From positions 3,565 through 27,564 of the forward strand of contig NZ_JAQMSD010000250.1 in the NCBI RefSeq assembly GCF_028330525.1: DNA of 24,000 nucleotides. Direction: 5' to 3'. This document shows, in pieces, positions 8,739 through 18,187 of this stretch. Each line of letters begins with the position of its first letter. The first letter of the stretch is position 1. The notes under the pieces were generated by a model. It was not told where the DNA came from, did no database searches, and worked only from the letters and a program-made list of their open reading frames with translations. The position numbers and the translations under genes are program-made. This stretch comes from Spirulina sp. CS-785/01. GTDB lineage: Bacteria > Cyanobacteriota > Cyanobacteriia > Cyanobacteriales > Spirulinaceae.

Positions 8739-11700
8739 ATGAATATTCTAACTTTCCAAATTGGGCAATACACCATTGAGGAACTCCTCCACAAAAGCGA
8801 TCGCACCATTGTTTATCGCGCACAACAGACCGATAATCATAGTCCGAAACCCGTCGTCATTAAATTAATGCAAAAAGAATATCCTTCTTTTAACGAGTTA
8901 GTACAGTTTCGCAATCAATACGCGATCACCAAAAATCTCAAAATTGAAGGAATTGTCAAACCTTACGCTTTAGAACGTTATGAGAACCGCTATGCACTGA
9001 TCATGGAAGATGTAGGGGATATTGCTTTAAAGAAGTTTATCCAACAACAACCTACCTCCTCCCTGACAACTCCCGAATTTCTCACCATTGCCATTCAACT
9101 GGCCGACATTCTCCATCAACTCCACCAAAATCGTATTATTCACAAAGATATCAAACCGGCCAATATTCTCATTCACCCTGAAACGAGACAGGTGAAACTC
9201 ATTGACTTTAGTATTTCCTCCTTACTTCCTAAAGAAACCCAAACCCTACAAACCCCCAATGTTTTAGAAGGGACATTGGCCTATCTCTCCCCAGAACAAA
9301 CCGGACGCATGAACCGAGGAATTGACTATCGCAGTGATTTTTATTCCTTGGGAGTGACTTTTTATGAACTCCTGAGTGGGACACTCCCCTTTGAAAGTGA
9401 TGATCCGATGGAGTTAGTTCATGCTCATATTGCGAAAACTCCTCCGGTTTTAGGGAACAGGGAACAAAGAACAGGGAACAGGGAAGAAATTCCTAAAATC
9501 TTGTCAGATTTGATCATGAAACTCATGGCCAAAAACTCAGAAGACCGTTACCAAAGTGCATTAGGACTCAAGTATGACTTAGAACAATGTTTAACCCAAT
9601 GGGAAGAAACCGGAACCGTGGTTGCTTTTGAACTGGGACAACGAGACACTTGCGATCGCTTTGTCATCCCAGAAACCCTCTACGGTCGTGAACAAGAGGT
9701 CAACACCCTTTTAAATGCGTTCAACCGTGTGAGTCAAGGAAACAGTGAACTCCTCCTAGTCGCAGGATATTCTGGAGTCGGGAAAACAGCAGTGGTCAAC
9801 GAAGTTCACAAACCCATCGTCGAAAAACGAGGGTATTTTATTCAAGGAAAATTCGACCAATTTCAACGGAATATCCCCTTTAGTGCCTTTGTCCAGGCTT
9901 TTCGAGATTTAATGGGACAAATGTTAGGAGAAAGTGACCATCAATTACAACAATGGAAAGGGAAAATATTGGACGCATTAGGAGATAGCGGCCAAGTCAT
10001 TATTGCAGTTATTCCTGAACTGGAAAAAATCATCGGAAAACAACCGCCAGTCCCGGAACTTTCTGGCAGTGCTGCCCAAAATCGCTTTAATTTACTGTTT
10101 CAAGAATTTGTCAATGTTTTTACTGCCCCAGACCATCCCCTCGTCATTTTCTTAGATGATTTACAATGGGCGGACTCTGCCTCTTTAAAATTAATTCAAC
10201 TGTTAATGAGTGAGTCTGAGAGTGATTATCTTTTCATGATTGGGGCTTATCGGGACAATGAAGTAGATGCCAGCCATCCTTTGATTATCACCTTAGAAGA
10301 AATGAAAAAACATCAAGTTTTTTTAGAAGAAATTATTTTAAAACCTTTGAGTGCCGCAACGCTTAATCAATGGATTGCTGATACTCTATGGTGTAACCTA
10401 GACCAAGTGAAAACGTTAAGTAATTTAACCTTCCAAGAAACAAAAGGAAATCCTTTCTTTACCAGTCAATTTCTCAAAGGATTACAGAATGATGGCTTAA
10501 TTACATTTAATATTGAGCAGCAATACTGGCAATATAATTTCACCGAAATACAAGAATTAGCTTTAACTGAAGATGTAGTCCAATTTATGATTGTACGGTT
10601 GCAAAAATTTTCTTCAGAGACGCGAGAAGTTTTAAAATTGGCTGCTTGTATCGGCAACCAATTTAATTTAGATATGTTGTCGATCGTCCGAGAAACAACA
10701 CCAGAAGAAACCGCAGCATCTCTTTGGCCTGCCATTGCTGAAGGATTAGTTTTACCTCAAGATGACACCTACAAAGTGTATCTAGGAGAAGATGATACGG
10801 ACTTACACAGGCAGTATTCTAATTCACAATATAAATTCCTCCATGATCGGGTTCAACAAGCAGCTTATTCATTAATTGAAGATGGAAAAAAGCCAATTTT
10901 TCACTACACTTTAGGTCAATTACTCCTAGAAAATACTCCCGCAGAAGACTTAGATGAAATTCTTTTTGATGTGGTCGGTCATTTGAATAAAGGAGTGTTT
11001 CAAATTGTTGAAGTTGAAGAACGTTTAAAAATTTGTGAATTGAATTTAAGGGCAGGACAAAAAGCGAAAGCATCTATTGCCTACAATGCGAGTATTGATT
11101 TCTTGTCTCAAGGAATTAAACTTCTCCCGAACCAGACTTGGAAAACGAACTATAAACTCACTTTTGCTTTGTATCAAGAATGTTTAGAATGTCAATATTT
11201 GGCGGGCAATGTTGAACAGGCAGAACAATTAGTGAAGATCATTTTAGACCAAAGCCAGTCTAAATTAGACCAAGCCTCAATTCATGCCATTCAACTGGTG
11301 CAATACCAAAATCTTGCACTGTATGACAAAGGGATTAAAGTGGGTTTAAAAAGTTTAAAAATGTTGGGTTTAGAATTACCTGAAAATGTGAGCAAAGAAA
11401 TGCTACATTCAGTCGCCCAACACATTGAAAAGCAGATGGGAAATCGTGATATTGCTGAATTAGAGCATCTGCCTTTAATAGAAGATGCAGAAAAGCAAAT
11501 GATCCTCACGTTGTTAATTAATTTAATGGCCCCCACTTATATCACCAATCCCCATTTAATGATATTGGTGGTTTTAGAAATGACCAAGTTTTGTTTAACC
11601 GAGGGGAATAATACCCTATCCGGTTTTGTGTATCTTTGGTATGGGACTGTGTTATCTAGTATTTTTGGGAAGTATAAAAAAGGTGAACAATTTGGTGCAT

Positions 11701-14141
11701 TAGGACTCCACCTGAATGAACAGGCAAATCTTTTTGTGATTAAAGCTAAAGTATCTATGACCTTTGGCAGTTTTTTGAGCCATTGGCGAAGACCGTTAGC
11801 AGAAAGTTTAGAATGGGTTAAAGCCTCATTTCAACCTGCTTTAGAAGCGGGAGAGTTATCTTGGTGTTTACACGGAGGGTCTTTTAATTTTTGGAAAAAA
11901 TTATTACTCTTTGATAACTTGGAAACGGTGTTTACAGAGCATCATAGCTTGTTTAAGTTTGCTGAGAAAAAAGAACCCCCTGCGGCATTTGCGATCGCAA
12001 TTCAACAGCAAGTAGTCGCCAACCTCCAGGGTAAACTACCAAACCGCTTGAGTTTGGATGATCAGCAGTTTCAAGAAGAAAACGCGCTGAAGCTGTTTAA
12101 CAAGACTCAATATCTGTTTGGGATGAGTACCTATTATTTTTCTAAAGCGTTTCTCGCCTTCCACTACGGAAACTACCAGGAAGCGTATCAACTGGGGTTA
12201 ACGGCTGAAAAAACCCATCCTTCGCTTTATAGTCAATACCAACTGATCGTACATGATTTGTATCAAGCCCTGAGTATCGCCAAAATTGGCGCACAAACGG
12301 GTCAAAAAGACTGGTTTGAGCAGTTAGAAGGCCATTGTCAGCAGTTTAAAGTGTGGGCAGAAAACTGTCCTGAAAATTATCAACACTTTTCCGCGTTACT
12401 GGACGCGGAAAAAGCCAGCATTCAGGAAAATTATGCCGAGGCTATCACCCAGTACGATCACGCGATCGCATTAGCCAAAGAACACCAATACCTCCAACAA
12501 GAAGCCTTAGCCAATGAACTCGCAGCCCAATTTTATCTACACTGGGGGAAAGAAAAAGTCGCCGCCAGCTATTTACAAGAAGCCTATTACTGTTATGGTC
12601 GTTGGGGGGCAAAAGCCAAAACCAACGACCTAGAAGAACGTTACCCCGACCTGCTCAGACCCATTCTCCAAACTCACGTTTCCTTTAACTTACTGGAAAC
12701 CCTAGCTTCTGTAGCCACTCCCAAAGTTTCTACCCAGGGTCAAACCCCTGCAACTGGTTCTTCTTCAGGTTCTAATATAAACAGCGTCTTAGATTTTGCA
12801 GGGATTCTCAAAGCCTCCCAAGCCATTTCCGGGACAATGAACATTGATGATCTCCTGCACCAACTCACAGAGATTATTTTGCACCATTCCGGGGCAGATC
12901 AATGTATTTTGTTATTCCGTGCAGACCCTCAATGGCAAGTGAAAGCCATTGCCACCCCAGACGAGATACAACTCCTCTCTGACCCCTTCGAGACCCATCC
13001 CCTTGTCCCCACAACGCTCATTCAGTACGTCAAAAATACCCAAGAAGTGGTAATGATTGATCGGGGTCAAACCCATTTACCCGTGATCGATGAGACATTG
13101 CAACAAGAAACCCCTCAAAGTCTCCTCTGTCTGCCAATTTTGAACCAAGGGGACTTAGTGGGGATTCTTTATTTGAAACATCAAACCATTGCAGAGATAT
13201 TTACCAGCGATCGCATTTTAATCTTGAACTTCCTTTGTACCCAAGTGGCCATTTCTTGGCAAAATGCTCAACTGTATCAACAAGCGCAACAAGCGTTAAC
13301 TGACCTCAAACAAGCACAACTGCAAATTGTCCAAAATGAAAAAATGTCCACATTAGGGAATTTAGTGTCAGGGGTTGCCCATGAAATTAATAATCCTGTG
13401 GGATTCATTGCGGGGAATTTAAACGAAACGAAACTGGGGTTAACGGACTTAATTGAACATTTAAACCTATACGCAGAAACGTCTCCTACTTCCCCAGACA
13501 TTGAAGATCATGCCGAAGAGATTGATTTAGAGTATCTCTTAGAAGATTTGCCGAAAATGATCGCCTCTATGGAAGTGGGGTGCGATCGCATCAAAAATAT
13601 CAGTACCAGTCTGCGGACATTTTCCCGTACCGATAAGGACTACAAAACCGCTTTTGATCTTCACGAAGGGATTGATAGTACCCTAATGATCCTCAAACAT
13701 CGTCTCAAAGCCAATGAAACTCGTCCTGAAATCGAAATTATTAAAGACTACGGCGATTTCCCCACAATTCAATGTTTCCCCGGTCAGTTAAACCAAGTAT
13801 TTATGAATATCCTCGCCAATAGCATTGATGCTTTAGAGGAGTCTAACCAAGGAAAATCTTTTCAAGAGATTCGCCAAACCCCGAACAAAATTTGGATCAC
13901 CACTCAACAGGAGGGGCAAGAAATTTGGGTGAAGATTAAAGATAATGGGGTGGGAATGAGTCCAGAGGTAGTGACACAGATTTTTGAGCAAGGTTTCACG
14001 ACGAAAGATGTAGGGAAAGGAACAGGGTTAGGAATGGCAATTAGTCAACAAATTATCGAACAGAAACACGGTGGGACGATTGAATGTCATTCTCAGTTAG
14101 GACAAGGGAGTGAGTTTATTTTGAAAATACCTGTGGCTTAG
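8739..14141 (+). CDS. HstK-type multidomain sensor: N-terminal Ser/Thr protein kinase, STAND/AAA_16 NTPase, helical (TPR-like) region, GAF domain, and histidine kinase (HisKA + HATPase_c), about 1800 aa
   Basis: STK motifs: VIKLM (Lys), HKDIKPANIL, DFS, GTLAYLSPEQ. Walker A is GYSGVGKT (about 9764-9790) and Walker B is LVIFLDDLQWAD (about 10150). A GAF-like block spans about 12790-13285 (LLCLPILNQGDLVGILYL). H-box VAHEINNPVGF (about 13377), N-box NILANSIDAL, G1 DNGVGM, G2 GTGLGM. The ORF opens at a TTG at 8727; the ATG at 8739 (MNILTFQIGQY) is the more likely start. Confidence 0.92.
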   Translation: MNILTFQIGQYTIEELLHKSDRTIVYRAQQTDNHSPKPVVIKLMQKEYPSFNELVQFRNQYAITKNLKIEGIVKPYALERYENRYALIMEDVGDIALKKFIQQQPTSSLTTPEFLTIAIQLADILHQLHQNRIIHKDIKPANILIHPETRQVKLIDFSISSLLPKETQTLQTPNVLEGTLAYLSPEQTGRMNRGIDYRSDFYSLGVTFYELLSGTLPFESDDPMELVHAHIAKTPPVLGNREQRTGNREEIPKILSDLIMKLMAKNSEDRYQSALGLKYDLEQCLTQWEETGTVVAFELGQRDTCDRFVIPETLYGREQEVNTLLNAFNRVSQGNSELLLVAGYSGVGKTAVVNEVHKPIVEKRGYFIQGKFDQFQRNIPFSAFVQAFRDLMGQMLGESDHQLQQWKGKILDALGDSGQVIIAVIPELEKIIGKQPPVPELSGSAAQNRFNLLFQEFVNVFTAPDHPLVIFLDDLQWADSASLKLIQLLMSESESDYLFMIGAYRDNEVDASHPLIITLEEMKKHQVFLEEIILKPLSAATLNQWIADTLWCNLDQVKTLSNLTFQETKGNPFFTSQFLKGLQNDGLITFNIEQQYWQYNFTEIQELALTEDVVQFMIVRLQKFSSETREVLKLAACIGNQFNLDMLSIVRETTPEETAASLWPAIAEGLVLPQDDTYKVYLGEDDTDLHRQYSNSQYKFLHDRVQQAAYSLIEDGKKPIFHYTLGQLLLENTPAEDLDEILFDVVGHLNKGVFQIVEVEERLKICELNLRAGQKAKASIAYNASIDFLSQGIKLLPNQTWKTNYKLTFALYQECLECQYLAGNVEQAEQLVKIILDQSQSKLDQASIHAIQLVQYQNLALYDKGIKVGLKSLKMLGLELPENVSKEMLHSVAQHIEKQMGNRDIAELEHLPLIEDAEKQMILTLLINLMAPTYITNPHLMILVVLEMTKFCLTEGNNTLSGFVYLWYGTVLSSIFGKYKKGEQFGALGLHLNEQANLFVIKAKVSMTFGSFLSHWRRPLAESLEWVKASFQPALEAGELSWCLHGGSFNFWKKLLLFDNLETVFTEHHSLFKFAEKKEPPAAFAIAIQQQVVANLQGKLPNRLSLDDQQFQEENALKLFNKTQYLFGMSTYYFSKAFLAFHYGNYQEAYQLGLTAEKTHPSLYSQYQLIVHDLYQALSIAKIGAQTGQKDWFEQLEGHCQQFKVWAENCPENYQHFSALLDAEKASIQENYAEAITQYDHAIALAKEHQYLQQEALANELAAQFYLHWGKEKVAASYLQEAYYCYGRWGAKAKTNDLEERYPDLLRPILQTHVSFNLLETLASVATPKVSTQGQTPATGSSSGSNINSVLDFAGILKASQAISGTMNIDDLLHQLTEIILHHSGADQCILLFRADPQWQVKAIATPDEIQLLSDPFETHPLVPTTLIQYVKNTQEVVMIDRGQTHLPVIDETLQQETPQSLLCLPILNQGDLVGILYLKHQTIAEIFTSDRILILNFLCTQVAISWQNAQLYQQAQQALTDLKQAQLQIVQNEKMSTLGNLVSGVAHEINNPVGFIAGNLNETKLGLTDLIEHLNLYAETSPTSPDIEDHAEEIDLEYLLEDLPKMIASMEVGCDRIKNISTSLRTFSRTDKDYKTAFDLHEGIDSTLMILKHRLKANETRPEIEIIKDYGDFPTIQCFPGQLNQVFMNILANSIDALEESNQGKSFQEIRQTPNKIWITTQQEGQEIWVKIKDNGVGMSPEVVTQIFEQGFTTKDVGKGTGLGMAISQQIIEQKHGGTIECHSQLGQGSEFILKIPVA
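9453..9487 (+). repeat. Heptanucleotide tandem repeat (GGGAACA-like, 5 units) inside the kinase coding sequence
   Basis: GGGAACA GGGAACA AAGAACA GGGAACA GGGAAGA, encoding GNREQRTGNREE in the variable loop between HIAKTPP and IPKILSDLIMKLMAKNSEDRYQS. Confidence 0.9.
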
Positions 14142-14314
14142 GTATTAAGCGGTTCGTCATTTAAACCCAACTTCTATAATGGGAAAACTCCTGTAGTGCG
14201 ACCATCTTAATCGCTACAGCATCTTGATCCCTACAGCATCTTTTTCCCGGATGTTGAGATATTGTGATTTCTTACCATTCCCTTCCGGATTTCCCTGTTT
14301 TCTTGTTCACAAAG

Positions 14315-14342
14315 AACCAACAACCAACAACCAACAACCAAC
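14315..14342. repeat. Heptanucleotide tandem repeat AACCAAC x4 (STRR-like)
   Basis: Four perfect contiguous units at 14315-14342, 6 nt outside the purH stop codon in the convergent spacer. Confidence 0.95.
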
Positions 14343-14348
14343 CAAAAA

Positions 14349-15875
14349 TTAATGTAAGAAATGACGAGTCCCAGTTAAGACCATGATAATGCCCAGTTCG
14401 TTGGCCGCTGCAATGGAATCTTTATCCCGAATTGAGCCTCCCGGCTGCACAATCATTTTAATCCCTGCATCGGCAGCAGCGCGGACGGTATCATCGAAGG
14501 GGAAAAAGCCATCACTGGCTAAACACGCGCCTTGAGTGGCTTCTCCGGCGGCTTCTAGGGCGATTTTGGCGGCCCCGACCCGGTTCATTTGGCCGGCCCC
14601 GATTCCGAGGGTTGCGCGATCGCGGGTTATCACAATAGCATTCGACTTCACGTGCTTGGCCACCTTCCACGCAAAGATCATTTCCCCCAACTCCTCATCC
14701 GTGGGTTTTGTCTCCGTGGCCACCTGCCATTCCTTGGGATCATCCATATAATCATCGGCGGCCTGCACCAACATTCCCCCCGCAATAGCTTTCACACTGG
14801 TTAACGCCCCCTCATTAAAATTAGGCAAAATTAACACCCGTAACTTGGATTTTTTCGCCAAAATCGCCTTGGCCGCCTCCTCACAACCCGGGGCAACAAC
14901 GCATTCTAAAAAGGTTTTCGTCATCGCCTCAGCAGTAGGGGCATCAATAGGCCGATTTAACGCCACAATCCCCCCAAACGCCGACACAGAATCCCCATTA
15001 AAGGCTTGCTGATAGGCAGCACTGAGGGTAGAAGCCACCGACACCCCACAGGGGTTAGTATGCTTGAGAACGGCGGCTGCGGGTTCATCGGTAAACTCTT
15101 TAATCACACGCCGGGCGGCCTCTAAATCCACTAAATTGTTATAACTGAGTTCCTTCCCTTGCAGTTTCTCTGCCGTCGTCCAACCCTCATCCCCGGTTTT
15201 ATACCAAGTGGCCTCTTGGTGGGGGTTTTCCCCGTACCGGAGTTTCTGCATGGGACTCCCGGCAATGTTTAAATTGCTGGCATTGTCTGTTAATTCAGCA
15301 AAATAAGCCGAAATTGCGCTATCGTAGGCCGCCGTCATGGAAAACCCTTCATAAGCCCTGGCTTGCCGGAATTCTAGGGACGTTCCCCCCTTATTATTCC
15401 GTAACTCTGTTAAATAGTCCTCATAGCGGAGAGGGTTACAAAGCACTGTCAGATGGGCATGATTTTTGGCCGCAGCCCGTAGGAGAGTCGGCCCGCCAAT
15501 ATCAATATTTTCAATGGCTTCTGCTACTGTGACATCTCGTTTGGCAATGGTTTGCTCAAAGGGATACAGGTTCACCACCACCAGATCAACCTTCTGAATG
15601 TCATTGTCTGACAATTCCTGCATATCTTCCGGCACGTCGGGCCGGGCTAAAATGCCCCCATGAATGCGGGGGTGGAGGGTTTTCACTCGTCCTGCTAAAA
15701 TTTCGGGCGACTGGGTGTAGTCGCTCACTTTAGTAACAGGGATACCCGCATCTTGTAACGCTTTCGCTGTCCCCCCACTACTGATAATCTGAAAATCAAA
15801 CTCGTTAACCAGTTGTTGGGCAAAGGAAACAATGCCCGTTTTGTCGCTGACGCTGATAATGGCTAGTTTACTCAT
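14349..15875 (-). CDS. purH: Bifunctional AICAR formyltransferase / IMP cyclohydrolase
   Basis: MSKLAIISVSDKTG..., SSGGTAKAL, KTLHPRIHGGIL, VVVNLYPF, FFPFDD, QPGGSIRD, and C-terminal TGTRHFLH. The ORF opens at a GTG at 15902, but the ATG at 15875 matches the usual PurH N-terminus. Confidence 0.96.
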   Translation of the reverse strand: MSKLAIISVSDKTGIVSFAQQLVNEFDFQIISSGGTAKALQDAGIPVTKVSDYTQSPEILAGRVKTLHPRIHGGILARPDVPEDMQELSDNDIQKVDLVVVNLYPFEQTIAKRDVTVAEAIENIDIGGPTLLRAAAKNHAHLTVLCNPLRYEDYLTELRNNKGGTSLEFRQARAYEGFSMTAAYDSAISAYFAELTDNASNLNIAGSPMQKLRYGENPHQEATWYKTGDEGWTTAEKLQGKELSYNNLVDLEAARRVIKEFTDEPAAAVLKHTNPCGVSVASTLSAAYQQAFNGDSVSAFGGIVALNRPIDAPTAEAMTKTFLECVVAPGCEEAAKAILAKKSKLRVLILPNFNEGALTSVKAIAGGMLVQAADDYMDDPKEWQVATETKPTDEELGEMIFAWKVAKHVKSNAIVITRDRATLGIGAGQMNRVGAAKIALEAAGEATQGACLASDGFFPFDDTVRAAADAGIKMIVQPGGSIRDKDSIAAANELGIIMVLTGTRHFLH

Positions 15876-16026
15876 AGTAACCTGTGTGAAAGAGTTGCCC
15901 ACAAATTGTCCCGTTAACCTGACCCTAACGCAAGTTTAGGGGCTATTGCTGCTTGACTGTTAACATCGTGAGTGGGAAGTCCCTCATTTTCAACGTCTCG
16001 ACTGTTACAGGACAGGACGCTACTAA

Positions 16027-16135
16027 AAACGTGATGTGCGACTTTCTAGGACAGAATCAGGATTTCAGGCTATTTTAGCCAATGTCTTGTTTCTCTAACA
16101 CCCTTCAGGGGTTTTAAAAAGTCGCACAAGACGTT
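16027..16135. repeat. 109-nt element bounded by 18-nt imperfect inverted repeats
   Basis: AACGTGATGTGCGACTTT (16027-16045 region) matches the reverse complement of AAAGTCGCACAAGACGTT (16118-16135) at 16/18 positions. The core contains the hairpin GGCTA-TTTT-TAGCC (about 16068-16080). Confidence 0.6.
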
Positions 16136-16212
16136 AAAAGGTTTTCATGAACTGGTCATTCGCGTAGCGTCTCCGTAGGAGAAAGAACCGGGATTGAACC
16201 CCATTTTCCGGG

Positions 16213-16539
<327 letters not shown>

Positions 16540-16992
16540 TTAACGCATTCTGTTTGGACAATTTAAGACAAAATTCTATGGGTTTGCCTTAAACAATACT
16601 TTTCAGTTTATGCCAAAACTCGACGAATCCACTACCCTCTCTCGACTCAAATTCGCAGAAGCATTTGATAAACAAGACTTATCCTTTTGCGGCGATTACC
16701 CGGACTCAAGATGAGATGGCAGGGGAGTTTATGGACGAATAATCTGCCGTTTGCCGTCCCATCCACGACTGATAGACGGTCAACACATCTAGATCGCCAA
16801 TGCTGCGATCGCCGTTGATCTAGACTGCCGTTGACATTGACCAGAGATATACGGCTTTGCTGCAACTAAAAGAAAAACTTATGATTAGGATTTGACATTA
16901 CTTAGCAGATATATGGGGAGCAATCGCAAATTTGTGCAGATTTTAAGATAAACTTAAACGCATAGAATTAAACACATACAGATTCAGGTTTT

Positions 16993-17010
16993 AATAGATA
17001 TTGATCTATT
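16993..17010. promoter_or_regulatory. Perfect dyad AATAGAT-ATTG-ATCTATT, a candidate transcription-factor operator upstream of sbtA
   Basis: 7-4-7 perfect inverted repeat (ATAG-N8-CTAT core) located 47-64 nt upstream of the sbtA GTG. The SD AAGGAGG is at 17041-17047. Confidence 0.4.
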
Positions 17011-17056
17011 GCCTGCCGTCCTGACCCCTAAGATATGATTAAGGAGGAATGACAAC

Positions 17057-18187
17057 GTGGAGTTTTTGTCCGATTTTTTAACACGCTTCGGGGATAAGCT
17101 ACAATCCCCGACACTCGGCTTTCTGATTGGTGGTATGGTTGTCGCCGCCCTCAATAGCCGACTGCAAATTCCCGATGCGGTTTATAAGTTCATCGTCTTC
17201 ATGCTGCTGATGAGAGTCGGCTTGAAGGGCGGCATTGCAATCCGCGAGGCCAATCTGGCCGAGATGTTGTTGCCCGCAGTGTTCGCGGCGGTCATCGGGA
17301 TGCTTATCGTATTCATCGCTTGCAACACCTTGGCCAAGCTGCCGAAAGTTAAAACTGTCGATGCCATTGCGACCGGGGGCTTATTCGGGGCTGTGAGTGG
17401 CTCTACCCTCGCCGCCGGCCTGACAATGCTGGAATCGGAAGGTATGGAATACGAGGCTTGGGCGGCTGCCCTCTATCCTTTCATGGACATCCCAGCACTC
17501 GTAACCGCGATCGTCTTAGCTAGCATTTATGTCGGCAAGCAAAAATCCAAGGAGGAGGCTCTCAGCAAGCAGGACTCTCTCAACAAGCAGCCAGTTGCCG
17601 CAGGCGGGTATCCTAGCGAGCCGGAGTATCCCACCACCCGGCAGGAATATCTCAATGAGAAAAGCGGTAACGCAGGAAAACGGGTCGAAATCTGGCCTAT
17701 CGTGAAAGAAAGCCTCCAAGGCTCGGCACTATCCGCACTGTTACTCGGCATCGTTCTTGGTTTGGTAACTCGACCGGAAAGTGTTTATGAGAGTTTCTTC
17801 AATCCCCTTTTCCGAGGCTTTCTTTCGGTTCTGATGCTGGTGATGGGTATGGAAGCATGGGCAAGGATCGGCGAGTTGCGCAAGGTCGCCCAGTGGTACG
17901 CCGTCTATGCCTTTTTAGCCCCTCTGTTGCATGGTTTGATTGGCTTCGGTCTCGGCTATATTGCCCACATCACCACAGGATTCAGCCCTGGCGGTGTCGT
18001 AATCCTAGCCGTCATCGCCTCCTCCAGTTCGGACATTTCAGGGCCACCCACTTTACGGGCTGGCATTCCCAAGGCCAATCCTTCCGCCTACATCGGCTCA
18101 TCCACAGCCGTCGGCACACCGATTGCCCTTGCCATAGGAATACCACTCTACATTGGACTTGCCCAAGCGGTGATGGGGGGTGGCTAA
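17057..18187 (+). CDS. sbtA: Sodium-dependent bicarbonate transporter SbtA, 376 aa
   Basis: Collinear with my recollection of Synechocystis Slr1512 from the first residues (MEFLSDFLTRFGDKLQSPTLGFLIGGM) through GGLFGAVSGST, YPFMDIPALVTAIV and SSSDISGPPTLRAGIPKANPSAYIGSSTA. GTG start with a strong SD. Confidence 0.96.
   Translation: MEFLSDFLTRFGDKLQSPTLGFLIGGMVVAALNSRLQIPDAVYKFIVFMLLMRVGLKGGIAIREANLAEMLLPAVFAAVIGMLIVFIACNTLAKLPKVKTVDAIATGGLFGAVSGSTLAAGLTMLESEGMEYEAWAAALYPFMDIPALVTAIVLASIYVGKQKSKEEALSKQDSLNKQPVAAGGYPSEPEYPTTRQEYLNEKSGNAGKRVEIWPIVKESLQGSALSALLLGIVLGLVTRPESVYESFFNPLFRGFLSVLMLVMGMEAWARIGELRKVAQWYAVYAFLAPLLHGLIGFGLGYIAHITTGFSPGGVVILAVIASSSSDISGPPTLRAGIPKANPSAYIGSSTAVGTPIALAIGIPLYIGLAQAVMGGG

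Noticed and set aside
15876-16040. Looked for a ZTP (pfl) riboswitch in the purH leader on the minus strand.
   Set aside because: GGGTCAGGTTAACGGG gives only a superficial resemblance. The conserved CCGCCTGGGC pseudoknot partner and the ACTGGCG segment are absent.
16647-16865. 72-aa minus-strand ORF in the sbtB-sbtA spacer.
   Set aside because: It is Arg/Ser-rich with no SD, and it overlaps the inverted-repeat and HIP1 elements. This more likely reflects regulatory DNA.
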